A DNA stretch of 54,613 nt, taken from IMG/VR virus record IMGVR_UViG_3300045973_000110, positions 1-54,613 of that record. One strand, written 5' to 3'. This DNA is from a virus. Lineage: Duplodnaviria > Caudoviricetes. The notes under the pieces were generated by a model. The model was not told where the DNA came from. It searched no databases and worked only from the letters and a program-made list of their open reading frames with translations. This document shows, piece by piece, positions 1 through 9,720 of the stretch. Each line of letters opens with the position of its first letter. The stretch's first letter is position 1. The position numbers were made by a program, and so were the translations under genes.

Positions 1-1336
1 CGAAAAACGTATGCCGCCGTATGCATCAAACCCTAAGTGGAAAGCATACGCGCAAAAAGAAAGCAATAAAGAGATTTTTCTCAGCTCAATCGGTACGCCT
101 AGTGAGTGGTCATATCGTGACTTTGTCAATGCGTGTGGGTTTATTGCCGCTGGCGACAAGAGTTATAACGTAATGTCACTGCCATACCAATTTGGTTTGG
201 AGACTGGTATTATTGATAGAGCGTTTATTGAAAGACAGATACGCGAAGAAAAAGCAGACCCGCAAAGTTTCCAAATGGAAATGGAAGTTATTCCCTACGG
301 GGAAAGCGAATATGCGATGTTTACATTTGATGAGATGAATTCGGCACGTAAATTAAGAGTTCCGTTAGTGCCGATTACCAATGATGAATACGTAGAGTAC
401 AGTGGTAGGGTTGAAAAATCACCCTTCTATCGTCGTAAGTTACCCACGGAAGTACGCGTAGCCGTAATGGATATCGCCGTTAGTTCCGCAAAGAACTCAG
501 ATAATACTGTTATCATGGTTTTTTCTCTTTTCGAAAATAACACCAAAAAAGATGCACTTTATTATGACAAAGAGTTATCTTTTATTGAAACAATGAATGG
601 CGTTGAACTTGACAAACAAGTTTTGCGAATAAAACAAGTCTTTTATGACCTTGAGTGCGACTACATCGTTATAGATGGTAACGCCGCTTTAGGTATAAAC
701 GCATTCGATATCTGTGCACAAGTAACAAATGATTACTTTAGGAATATTAAGTACCCAGCATGGAAAGAACATCCAATGTCGCCGTCTTTTGATAGACCGT
801 CGGTAAAAGATGCACAACCAGTCTTATATGGTATCAAAACCGCTGGCGCAAACTCTGGTGACCTACAATATTCTATGTTAATTAAATCTAAATTGAATCT
901 TGAACGTGGTAGGCTGCGTTTACTTGCTAGTGAAGATGATATTGAGGAAGAATTGAATAAGCGATTCGGATTCGCGGCGCTTAAGTCAAGTAATGACGCA
1001 TACCAGACAAACAAAGCTCGCGCTATGATTATGCCGTTTATTAATACTACTCATCTTATCGATGAGTCAATTAAGACACAAGTAGTACGTAGTCAGACTG
1101 GTAGGATTATGTTTAAAGAAGATAAGACTACATCCCGCAAGGATAGAGTCATTACAATGATATATGGCATTTACTTTATTAGTTTACTTGAAGATAATCT
1201 GCAACACAAGACTCCGTCTTATGATTATGCAGGGGCGTATCATGTAAAACAATTAAGAAATGCAACCAGAGACCTATTTGGTAGAAAGGAATCAAGTGGA
1301 GCGCGTAAAAGCGTGTCTCCATTCGGTAAACGATAA
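1..1336 (+). CDS. terL: Terminase large subunit, C-terminal nuclease part (probably 5'-truncated by the window edge)
   Basis: RNase H-like motifs (AVMDIAVSS..SDNT, YIVIDGN, RKDRV). Lies directly upstream of the portal/capsid module. Confidence 0.85.
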   Translation, partial: EKRMPPYASNPKWKAYAQKESNKEIFLSSIGTPSEWSYRDFVNACGFIAAGDKSYNVMSLPYQFGLETGIIDRAFIERQIREEKADPQSFQMEMEVIPYGESEYAMFTFDEMNSARKLRVPLVPITNDEYVEYSGRVEKSPFYRRKLPTEVRVAVMDIAVSSAKNSDNTVIMVFSLFENNTKKDALYYDKELSFIETMNGVELDKQVLRIKQVFYDLECDYIVIDGNAALGINAFDICAQVTNDYFRNIKYPAWKEHPMSPSFDRPSVKDAQPVLYGIKTAGANSGDLQYSMLIKSKLNLERGRLRLLASEDDIEEELNKRFGFAALKSSNDAYQTNKARAMIMPFINTTHLIDESIKTQVVRSQTGRIMFKEDKTTSRKDRVITMIYGIYFISLLEDNLQHKTPSYDYAGAYHVKQLRNATRDLFGRKESSGARKSVSPFGKR

Positions 1337-1722
1337 TGTTTGAAATTGAACCATCAAAAATGGATAAAATTGACGAACTATTTGACCTACTGTCTAAATT
1401 TGGGGATATTTATTTTAAGAATAAAAGAATATATTTATTCGCTGGCGATACTAAGCGGTTGGTAATACAAAAACGTGTTGCAAAATTACTTGGTGTCGGA
1501 GAATTTATCCTCAGAGATATTGCACCGAATAAATATGATGACTATCCTCCGTCTTTAGCAGAGTGGATGAAAAACAAAAGTTATATATTCGAAGTAGCTA
1601 AACTTGAAAAAGAAAAGCAAGCCGAAATCAAAGAGTTTAAGGAATTTATGGAAAAATTTATCGCAGAAGACGCTAAGAAAGATGGTGATGTGAATGGGAC
1701 GACCGAAAAAGATAGCGGTTGA
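1336..1722 (+). CDS. Hypothetical phage protein
   Basis: 128-aa ORF coupled to terL by a TAATG overlap. Confidence 0.7.
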   Translation: MFEIEPSKMDKIDELFDLLSKFGDIYFKNKRIYLFAGDTKRLVIQKRVAKLLGVGEFILRDIAPNKYDDYPPSLAEWMKNKSYIFEVAKLEKEKQAEIKEFKEFMEKFIAEDAKKDGDVNGTTEKDSG

Positions 1723-3520
1723 ACAAACTGCTAACAACCCTATTGTTAGCGAAAAACCTAAGACATTCGCTGTCGAAGGGTTGATGTCGCAGTGGGCGCC
1801 AGTAGTTAAAGATTATACTTCGCGTATAGGGAATCAATCTACGTTCTTTGCATATGACCCATATGTTCAAAACACACGCTTAAAGATGTTGAAGACAAAC
1901 CCATCATTTCCAGATAGGTCAGAGCTAGAGGAAGCAATTAAGTCTCCTAGTAATAGCGAGTACTTGCTCAGAGCTACGTCGTGGGCTTTAACCGCAAATT
2001 CTTATCCGTATTATAAAATGTTACGTCTGTATTCAGATGTTCTTTTATATAACAATTACGCATATCCAAAGTATGTTGAGAAAAAAGAATTTAAGGCGCC
2101 TAGATTTAAGAATGAGCAAAAGTTTATTAATAAATGGATAGATGCGTTTGACCCAAAACGCACATTTAGACGTATTGTTGCAGAAACTTTAGTCGAAGGT
2201 AAGCGTGCATATGTATATCAGCAAAAAGTAGATTACAAAGAAAATGATGTAACTTATGCTGCCTTGCAAGAGCTACCGTCAAATTGGTGGAAGCCGACGT
2301 TTAAATCTACCGACTCTTATTTCGGTGTATCATTTAATTTCGCATATTTTTGGACACCTGGCACTAGCCCTAAACAGTTCCCGCCTATTTTCCAAAAGTA
2401 TTACGATGAATTATCGGGTATGTCAACTGTTACAAGGGATAAAGTAAGATTAGATATGGATAAAATATCCACTTCTGTTTTTGACGTTGAATTTACTGCA
2501 AATAAGTGGTATATATGGGCGGAATTACCAGCAAGTGATGTATGGTGTTTTAGTGCTGATGAATCACACGCATGGCAAGTACCGCCGTTCTTAGGATTGT
2601 TCTTGTCGTTCCAAGATTTAGGTAGTTATCAATTCTTGCAAACCCAACTTGCATCAATCCCATTATATGGTATTTTATCTGGTGAAGTTCCTATGCATAC
2701 AGATACTAAAGCAACTAGTTCTCAGACTCCAGATGATTTAAGGTTGAGTCCTGGTATGTTAAGTATGTTAACAGACCAAGCGCATAGTATGACGCCATCT
2801 GGTGTTGGTGCGTTTTTGGCTCCAGTTGAAAACATTAAGTTTCATCAGTTTCAAGAACAGGTTAACTCATCTAAGATTTATACCGAGGCTTTGCAGCAAA
2901 CAATTGCGACTAGTGGTTTAACTGGTTTGCAGTCAACGTCTGAAAAGCCTACCGTAGCGATGGTTAAAGCGAGTCAACTTGTTGAAAAGAGATTTGCTGA
3001 TATTTTTTACCCGCAATTTATTAAATTTGTAAACACTATTTTTGAAAAGAAACTTAATTTAAAATATGATTGGCGCTTTGATATATTCGGTGATGTATTC
3101 AGCGAACAAAATACCATGGATATGTTAAGCAAGCAACTTTCATTAGGTCAGTCTTATTTGTTACCCAAATTGTTGGCGTATCATAATTTAGATATGAATG
3201 GTGTAAATGATATTTCTGATTGGGTAAATGCATCTGGAATATTTGACAAGATGAAAGTTCCCCCGAATGCGAATACACAAGCCGCCAAGGAAAACGCCGC
3301 GACTGGTGGTATCGGACCGAACGCCGCCAAAGAAAAGAAACCAGTTGGTCATCCTGCACTTGATGAGGCTGATATTGAAAATGATAGCACCGCTGCAAAT
3401 TCTGATTCTGGAACAAATAAAGGCGAAGACAGGCAGTTTACTGTAACCGATATCGATGACGAAGATGCGGAAGCTATCGTTGAAATGCTATCGGAGGCTG
3501 GATATGAAGTTGAAAGTTAA
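1694..3520 (+). CDS. Portal protein (SPbeta YonE-like position)
   Basis: 608 aa, follows the terminase, acidic low-complexity C-terminus typical of portals. Confidence 0.75.
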   Translation: MGRPKKIAVEQTANNPIVSEKPKTFAVEGLMSQWAPVVKDYTSRIGNQSTFFAYDPYVQNTRLKMLKTNPSFPDRSELEEAIKSPSNSEYLLRATSWALTANSYPYYKMLRLYSDVLLYNNYAYPKYVEKKEFKAPRFKNEQKFINKWIDAFDPKRTFRRIVAETLVEGKRAYVYQQKVDYKENDVTYAALQELPSNWWKPTFKSTDSYFGVSFNFAYFWTPGTSPKQFPPIFQKYYDELSGMSTVTRDKVRLDMDKISTSVFDVEFTANKWYIWAELPASDVWCFSADESHAWQVPPFLGLFLSFQDLGSYQFLQTQLASIPLYGILSGEVPMHTDTKATSSQTPDDLRLSPGMLSMLTDQAHSMTPSGVGAFLAPVENIKFHQFQEQVNSSKIYTEALQQTIATSGLTGLQSTSEKPTVAMVKASQLVEKRFADIFYPQFIKFVNTIFEKKLNLKYDWRFDIFGDVFSEQNTMDMLSKQLSLGQSYLLPKLLAYHNLDMNGVNDISDWVNASGIFDKMKVPPNANTQAAKENAATGGIGPNAAKEKKPVGHPALDEADIENDSTAANSDSGTNKGEDRQFTVTDIDDEDAEAIVEMLSEAGYEVES

Positions 3521-3683
3521 ATGCGAACACGAAGTCGTATGGGTAACAGACGAATTTTATGGCGTCTATCCCCGTATTGAAAAGGGTGTTTGTATTAAGT
3601 GCCAAAAGAATTTTCATAGAATTAAAGGGAAAGGAGGTGTTGATGATGACAAAATTAAAGCTGATGCCAGACGAACTGAATAA
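3504..3683 (+). CDS. Small putative Zn-binding protein (CxH...CxxC)
   Basis: GGAGG at 3493-3497 before ATG 3504. Sequence MKLKVKCEH...CIKC fills the gap between portal and the next gene. Confidence 0.5.
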   Translation: MKLKVKCEHEVVWVTDEFYGVYPRIEKGVCIKCQKNFHRIKGKGGVDDDKIKADARRTE

Positions 3684-4161
3684 CTCTATTAATGAATTAT
3701 TAGGGTCATTGTTTAGCGCAAATGCTGTCGCCGATAATATTGTGTATCAACTTGAGAATGTGTATGCGATGCCAAAGGCATCTGACCTTTTTCATCATAA
3801 GTACGCGCATGCTTTCCCTGCGATTGCTGATACTGTAAATAAAATCCAGATTTTAAGGGGTGCGCGTGGTACACGCAAGCCCGTAGCTGGTAGCGAAATG
3901 CAATTTGCATCTGTCATATCGTGTTTCGAAAACATGCTATCTGCTGTTTTAGAAGTCGAAAAGAAATTTTGCGACACGCTTGACCTATGTGATGAGTTAG
4001 ATGAAAAAGCTATCCGTATTTTTATTGAAAATACATATATGGATATTTTACCCTATACAAAACAAACATTAGTTTGGCTTGATAAGGCAGAACAGTTTGG
4101 CGATGACCTTACGATGTTTGACGCACTATTTGATACGACAATTATTTTAGAGGGTATTTAA
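3646..4161 (+). CDS. Ferritin-like four-helix-bundle protein
   Basis: AGGAGGT RBS at 3632-3638. The ~171-aa sequence follows the ferritin pattern (INELL..., ILRGARG, FASVISCFENML..VE, LCDELDEKAIRIFIE, LDKAEQFGDD). Confidence 0.6.
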   Translation: MTKLKLMPDELNNSINELLGSLFSANAVADNIVYQLENVYAMPKASDLFHHKYAHAFPAIADTVNKIQILRGARGTRKPVAGSEMQFASVISCFENMLSAVLEVEKKFCDTLDLCDELDEKAIRIFIENTYMDILPYTKQTLVWLDKAEQFGDDLTMFDALFDTTIILEGI

Positions 4162-4163
4162 TT

Positions 4164-6161
4164 ATGGCAAACATTACATTCGCAGTTGATAGTAATCAAA
4201 TTACTGTTAAAAATGTAGGTAATAGTTCATTCTTAGAGCTCGAGATGTATTGTATATCAGACGCATTTCCAAATCGTAACGATTGTACGTTTACAAAAGA
4301 TGGCATGATAGCGTCTATGCCAACAGTATATAATAAACCGATTCTTGGATATTTTTCTCCGATAACAAAAGATTTCGAAGAACATAACCATGATATTAAG
4401 TTCGACCCAGACACTGGTAAAATTTATCAGGACTTTCAGGGTAGGGACGGCGAAAAAGCCATTGGCTTGATTCGCGAAAGTGACGCTGTTGAGATTGTTG
4501 AAAAAGATGGTTTGAATTGGTTACATATTACTTGCGGTATTTGGGCAAAGTATAATATGCAACAGGTTAAACACATCCTGACATCTAAACGAAAGAAAGT
4601 GTCCGTTGAGTGTAATGTTGTACGTAACCATTTTGAAGATAAAATTGAAGTAATTGATGAATTTATCTTTAATGGTGTTACAATTCTTGGCAACCGTCGT
4701 GGTGGGTTAACGCCTGTTAACGAGGGTATTGCTGGAGCTCATCTTAAATTGCTTGAGTTCGCAAACAGCGAACAATGTAATACTTCTATGAAAGCTATGT
4801 CGTTCGCGGCTAAAGTTGATTTAGAAGAGCAAGGATTAACTAGCATTTCAGAAAAACTTATGCGCTCTTTAGGGACTAAGTTTTTTGTTGAAGATGTTTA
4901 CCTTGATGGGGTTGCCCTATTACAAGAACACGACACTGGTCGATTGTTCACAACCAACTATAGTATTGACGGTGATAACGTTAATATAGATTTAAAAGAC
5001 AAACATTATGTTTCTGAGTCTGATTTATCAGACGCCGAATCTAATCGTAAACTCTTTCTTGAAAAGAGTAAGATTGGAAAGGGTTCAGAAATACCGATTG
5101 ACTTTAGTAAAGAGGCAGTTTCGGATGCCCCCTGGGGCTCTATATCCAAAACTGATTTACGCAATAAGATTTTGGCAAGTAGCAACTATAGGACGCTGGT
5201 CGGCAAAGCTTACTTAGTTGTACTTGATGGTTGGGAAGACGCTCCATCGTCTAATCTTAAATACCCAATCGCCCAAATCGTAAGCGGAAAACTTGTGATT
5301 AATCGCAATGCTTTAACCGCGGCTTACAGTTTCTTACAAAAGAACACTGGAGCCCCCTATTATCGCAAAGCAATTAATCGTTTGAACTCTTTAAAGCGTA
5401 TTGCTGGCATGGAAACAGATAACAAAAAAAATTTTACGGAGGAAAAGAAGGTAATGAAAAACAAGTTTATTGGTATGCCTTCTGAGTTCAAGTATATGCG
5501 CTCGGCTGGTGGTCGTGCACTGTTTACTAAAGAAGGAAAAATCTTTAGTGCACCGTGTGATGCTGGTGAGGGCGAGGAAGTTGAATTCAGAGAAGATTCT
5601 TTGATGACAGCCAACTTGTTTGTAAAAGAATGCTCTATTGCAGAAGGCGATGCTGACGGCGATGAAGTTGATTGCACCGAGGCGCTGATGAGTTTCATTA
5701 GCGAACAAGATGAAGTCAAGTGTTCTATGGACAAGATGATGGCTGAAAAAGACATTGCTATGGCTGAAAAAGATGTTGCTATGGCTGCTAAAGACGAAGA
5801 AATTCGTATGGCTAAAGAATGTGCCGAAAAGGTAACTGGCGAACTAGAAATGGCTCACAAAGACCTAGAAATGGCAAAAGCCGAAGTTGAGAAGGCTGGA
5901 AAAGTAGTTATGGTTGAAAAGGTTAAAGACCTTGCGGCTAAAGAAATACTTTTATCAGAGAAAGACCGTTTTGATATTATTGAAATGGCTGAACATGGGG
6001 CTTTCGACAGTACAAAGGCATGTGAACAGGAAATCGCTATGCGCGTCTACAGCGCTATCAAACGCGAGCCTCTCTCGTATCAATTGCCTAAGAATAGTGA
6101 AGTAGTAAAGACGAATGAAACTGCATTAGAAAAAGCCAAACGTCTTGTAGATAAGAAATAA
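4164..6161 (+). CDS. Prohead protease/scaffold fusion
   Basis: N-terminal protease-like region (NRNDCTF, KPILG, HNH, VSVE, GVTILG) and C-terminal coiled-coil heptads. Lies between portal and capsid genes. Confidence 0.7.
   Translation: MANITFAVDSNQITVKNVGNSSFLELEMYCISDAFPNRNDCTFTKDGMIASMPTVYNKPILGYFSPITKDFEEHNHDIKFDPDTGKIYQDFQGRDGEKAIGLIRESDAVEIVEKDGLNWLHITCGIWAKYNMQQVKHILTSKRKKVSVECNVVRNHFEDKIEVIDEFIFNGVTILGNRRGGLTPVNEGIAGAHLKLLEFANSEQCNTSMKAMSFAAKVDLEEQGLTSISEKLMRSLGTKFFVEDVYLDGVALLQEHDTGRLFTTNYSIDGDNVNIDLKDKHYVSESDLSDAESNRKLFLEKSKIGKGSEIPIDFSKEAVSDAPWGSISKTDLRNKILASSNYRTLVGKAYLVVLDGWEDAPSSNLKYPIAQIVSGKLVINRNALTAAYSFLQKNTGAPYYRKAINRLNSLKRIAGMETDNKKNFTEEKKVMKNKFIGMPSEFKYMRSAGGRALFTKEGKIFSAPCDAGEGEEVEFREDSLMTANLFVKECSIAEGDADGDEVDCTEALMSFISEQDEVKCSMDKMMAEKDIAMAEKDVAMAAKDEEIRMAKECAEKVTGELEMAHKDLEMAKAEVEKAGKVVMVEKVKDLAAKEILLSEKDRFDIIEMAEHGAFDSTKACEQEIAMRVYSAIKREPLSYQLPKNSEVVKTNETALEKAKRLVDKK
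5739..5795 (+). repeat. 21-bp in-frame tandem repeat (MAEKDIA/MAEKDVA/MAAKD)
   Basis: atggctgaaaaagacattgct atggctgaaaaagatgttgct atggctgctaaagac. Confidence 0.8.
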
Positions 6162-6183
6162 GTAATCGGAGGAAAATCAAATT

Positions 6184-6762
6184 ATGAAATTTTTTCAAAA
6201 AACCAACATGATTTCTGAGTCTGTTTACGCCGCGATGAGAAGTGGCTTGTTCCACACTGCTATGGAAGCTGAAGCAGCTGTTGATTCGGGCGCTTTCGTC
6301 ATTGCTGGCGAATTGGCAGACAACGAAGTCTACAACGAATATCTTGGGGCTGGTGCGCTCAAAGATTTCAACACCTTTATTATCAAAGCACCTGTCAGCG
6401 CGCATGTAACGGCTAGCAATGCTAACGTTTATGTAGTTGACCCCGTTAAAGTATCCGAAGCTACCAACGGCACCAATGTCTATCGCGAAGGCGCTAGAAC
6501 TCTTGGTTTGGCTGGGAACCCTGGGGAAAAAATTGCGATTCGCAAATTATTCCTCGACGATATGTTTATTTTAGGTGCTGGGAACTTTGTATCTGCTCCG
6601 ACTGTTGGAGAATTTGCAATTTTAACTGCTACCGAAACGACTTTAACCCCTGCTGCTGCTATTCCTTCAACTGGATTTGCTATCCGTGTTGAATGTGAAT
6701 GGCATATTACTCAGGGTATCAATGCTACCGACGGTTTCTTATGCACCGTTGTGCAGCTTTAA
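6184..6762 (+). CDS. Probable capsid decoration/stabilisation protein
   Basis: 192 aa, Ala/Gly/Thr-rich, immediately upstream of the major capsid gene. Confidence 0.55.
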   Translation: MKFFQKTNMISESVYAAMRSGLFHTAMEAEAAVDSGAFVIAGELADNEVYNEYLGAGALKDFNTFIIKAPVSAHVTASNANVYVVDPVKVSEATNGTNVYREGARTLGLAGNPGEKIAIRKLFLDDMFILGAGNFVSAPTVGEFAILTATETTLTPAAAIPSTGFAIRVECEWHITQGINATDGFLCTVVQL

Positions 6763-6780
6763 GAATTGGAGGACATTAAA

Positions 6781-7902
6781 ATGAGAAACTTTGCTCAGTT
6801 TTCGCACGCTCCTTTGCTTGACGTTAACGCCAACGCATTGGTAGATGCTGGTATTGAATTAACCAAAAAATATGTCGCTATCAGAGACAAGAATACTTTG
6901 CTTTCTGATAGAGAAGAGTACACGAAGGATAACATTGAATTTTCGAAATTGTTTATTAAACACTGCGTAGAAAAAGCTGGTTATGTATTCGTCGGTACCG
7001 AAATGTTGAAAAACCCGCAGTTATATGGAGACCCCGAATTTGGGAAAAACTTCCGCGCTGTATTAGCACAGATTATTACCCCCGTAGCGCCTGCCGTTAT
7101 TACTGAAAAGTATGGTATGGTTGCTGAAGTTCGTCAAATTGGTTTTGGCGAAACGGCTCGCTTTGTTGTTCGTTCGAATGAATTATTTGTCGTCAATGAC
7201 ATCGCCGAAGGCGTACGTACTGGTGGTTTGCAGAGAGTTTATAACGATGAGTTCACCGTAAACCCGACGCCCAAACAAATCCGCTACGACGTTCCTTGGT
7301 ATCAAGTCGCTGCTGGCATTTTTGACTTTGGCGAATTCGCTTACAAAATCGGTCTGTCGTTCAGCGCCTATATTAACATGTTAGTCATCAAAGCGTTTGC
7401 CGATGTCGTTACTGACTGGGCTACCGCTTCGTCTCCGTACGTTGTTAATGGATTCTCTGACAGCAACTATATTACCATCGGTCAACGCGTTTCTGCTGCT
7501 AATGGCGGCTCTGATGTTATCGTACTTGGCTCTTTGGCGACCGTTGGAACGATTTTCTCGAACCAACTTGGCTTACAATATGGTTTGGGCGAAGAGATGA
7601 ATAAGAATGGTTTCTTGGACCGTTACAAAGGTTACCGCATTTCGTATTTCGACCCTGCTATGATTAGTACCACCGTCAATACGACTGCTAAACTAATCGT
7701 TCCTGAAGCTGTTTTATACTTTATTCCTGTTGGCATGGACAAGCCGATTAAGATTGTATTCGAAGGCGAAAACGTAACCATCGAATCTATCCCGACCGTC
7801 ACCGCCGATAAGACTGGTGGATTACAGATTACTATGCGTTTAGGTGTCAATGCTATCGTTGGTCAACGTTTCGGCGCTATCACTGGTGTAGTTGGTTCCT
7901 AA
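6781..7902 (+). CDS. Major capsid protein
   Basis: GGAGG RBS before ATG 6781, 373 aa, position after the scaffold and decoration genes, followed by a terminator. Confidence 0.8.
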   Translation: MRNFAQFSHAPLLDVNANALVDAGIELTKKYVAIRDKNTLLSDREEYTKDNIEFSKLFIKHCVEKAGYVFVGTEMLKNPQLYGDPEFGKNFRAVLAQIITPVAPAVITEKYGMVAEVRQIGFGETARFVVRSNELFVVNDIAEGVRTGGLQRVYNDEFTVNPTPKQIRYDVPWYQVAAGIFDFGEFAYKIGLSFSAYINMLVIKAFADVVTDWATASSPYVVNGFSDSNYITIGQRVSAANGGSDVIVLGSLATVGTIFSNQLGLQYGLGEEMNKNGFLDRYKGYRISYFDPAMISTTVNTTAKLIVPEAVLYFIPVGMDKPIKIVFEGENVTIESIPTVTADKTGGLQITMRLGVNAIVGQRFGAITGVVGS

Positions 7903-7919
7903 AAGAATACTTTGAACTT

Positions 7920-7948
7920 GGGGAAGATTAATTTCTTCCCCTTGTTTT
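7920..7948 (+). terminator. Intrinsic terminator after the capsid gene
   Basis: GGGGAAGA-ttaatt-TCTTCCCC followed by TTGTTTT. Confidence 0.8.
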
Positions 7949-7973
7949 AAATTGATAAAAGGAGAAAAAGGAA

Positions 7974-8705
7974 ATGACAGAATCTACTGTTAAAAAAGGC
8001 GTTCGCAAAGCCGAACCCAAAAAAGAAGTCGAAGTAGTAGCTGAAACCCCGATTAAGGTTGTCGAACAAGTCGAAAATGTATCTGCTAACGACGATATGA
8101 ATAAAAAATTTGACATGCTTATGGACATGGTTAAAAGCTTACAAGCTGAGAACGCAGAGTTAAAAGCTCGTAGCGATTCAGCGCCCAAGGTTATCGAATC
8201 CAATAGGATGGTAAAAATCATTCATTTATGCGATAATGTTTCGCCGCTTAAAACCCATATCCAAACACACAATGTTTTATTGAACTTTGGTCGCTTTGAA
8301 GAAACCGCTACGTTGACGTTTCAACAGTTTGAAGAACTTTTTAGAGAATATCGCGATTATTTTGAGCGCAATGTCATTGGATTAACGTCTGATGATGAAG
8401 ACTTATGTGATATGTATAATATTAAAAAAACATATCATTCCCCATTGAATCGTAGTATCCTAGAAAATGTAGCAAATATTAAAGATGAAGACCTTAAGAG
8501 AATCTATAATACAGTTGCTAGCACACAAAAGGATGTTATTATTCGTAGCTTTGCTACTGGATATTTTGAAACCGATGAATCTGGGAAATACCCCAAAGAC
8601 AGACGTTATAACAATAGAGACAGAGCAGACTTATTGAATAGATTATCGGGTGGAAAACTAAAACGTATTTTAGACGACATGGATGAAAAGGCACATATTA
8701 AGTAA
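7974..8705 (+). CDS. Hypothetical head-associated protein
   Basis: AAGGAG RBS, 243 aa, short coiled coil, directly after the capsid gene. Confidence 0.6.
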   Translation: MTESTVKKGVRKAEPKKEVEVVAETPIKVVEQVENVSANDDMNKKFDMLMDMVKSLQAENAELKARSDSAPKVIESNRMVKIIHLCDNVSPLKTHIQTHNVLLNFGRFEETATLTFQQFEELFREYRDYFERNVIGLTSDDEDLCDMYNIKKTYHSPLNRSILENVANIKDEDLKRIYNTVASTQKDVIIRSFATGYFETDESGKYPKDRRYNNRDRADLLNRLSGGKLKRILDDMDEKAHIK

Positions 8706-8722
8706 AGAACGGAGGATATAGT

Positions 8723-9406
8723 ATGGCGACAACTTTATTTGTCGACATTTATACAAGAGCCAGTACAAAAATTGATGACCCGCTATTAACGAAAGTTTAT
8801 GAAGCAAGCGTCATTGGATTTTGTAGGGTTATGTATAACTATCTTGACGCTGCAATCCCCTCGTTCAACAATCCTATTGAAGAAATGCGGCGACTAAGAA
8901 ACCGAACCGAACCCGATGGAGAATCTGACACCTTTACTGGTGATGGAGCTACCAAAAAATTTACTTTTACAAATACACCTCGTATTGATTCTATTTGTGA
9001 GGCATTTGTAGACGGTGTTTTGACGGAGGCAACCTACGATTCACTAACACACTCTATGGAACTGACCGATGCACCAGCCGATGATTCAGACGTAGAAATA
9101 CAATGGTATTTCTCTGGTCAATTCGATGTCGAGCTGTATGCGGAGGAAAAGGATATTCTTGGTATGCTCACTATGTTGAACTGGGCAGAAAAAGAAAAGA
9201 ACTTTAAGTTAGATATACGAACATTGCTTGGTGATAAAACATATCGAGTCGATGCATCTGCTAGGTCTAACGTGGGTGGCAAAGTTGTGTGGTATGAATC
9301 TATTAAGGAAGATTGCCACAAAAAAATAAGCCAGTTTGCGTGGAATTATCAGATTGTTAAGAGAAAATATGGAGGCGAACCAGCATGGTTACACTTGAGC
9401 GAGTAG
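8723..9406 (+). CDS. Putative head-tail adaptor
   Basis: Synteny. Contains an internal beta-rich insert (FTGDGATKKFTF). Confidence 0.5.
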   Translation: MATTLFVDIYTRASTKIDDPLLTKVYEASVIGFCRVMYNYLDAAIPSFNNPIEEMRRLRNRTEPDGESDTFTGDGATKKFTFTNTPRIDSICEAFVDGVLTEATYDSLTHSMELTDAPADDSDVEIQWYFSGQFDVELYAEEKDILGMLTMLNWAEKEKNFKLDIRTLLGDKTYRVDASARSNVGGKVVWYESIKEDCHKKISQFAWNYQIVKRKYGGEPAWLHLSE

Positions 9407-9720
9407 GCGATATTCGTATCGTCGTTAGCGACGCAACTAAACATGCGTGGCTTTCGTCTTTAGTTGACAACATCTTTAAGGTGCTGCCGACATACGAGGA
9501 ACGCGGAAGCGGAGCAATGAATTTATATCTTGGTGGTCTGTTGATGGACATGGCTGCCGCTGATGTTATTTTTGATGGTTATTTAAATGATGTTATTGTT
9601 AAGTTGTATGTTTTATATAATGCTGAGCCGACTCATGCAGAAGTACGAAAACGTACATTAGAATGCACGAGTTTGGTGCGAAAGAAATTTGAGGCATTGT
9701 ATGGTCAACAAAAAACTTAG
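9385..9720 (+). CDS. Hypothetical protein
   Basis: GGAGG RBS, 111 aa, overlaps both neighbours. Confidence 0.6.
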   Translation: MVTLERVGDIRIVVSDATKHAWLSSLVDNIFKVLPTYEERGSGAMNLYLGGLLMDMAAADVIFDGYLNDVIVKLYVLYNAEPTHAEVRKRTLECTSLVRKKFEALYGQQKT

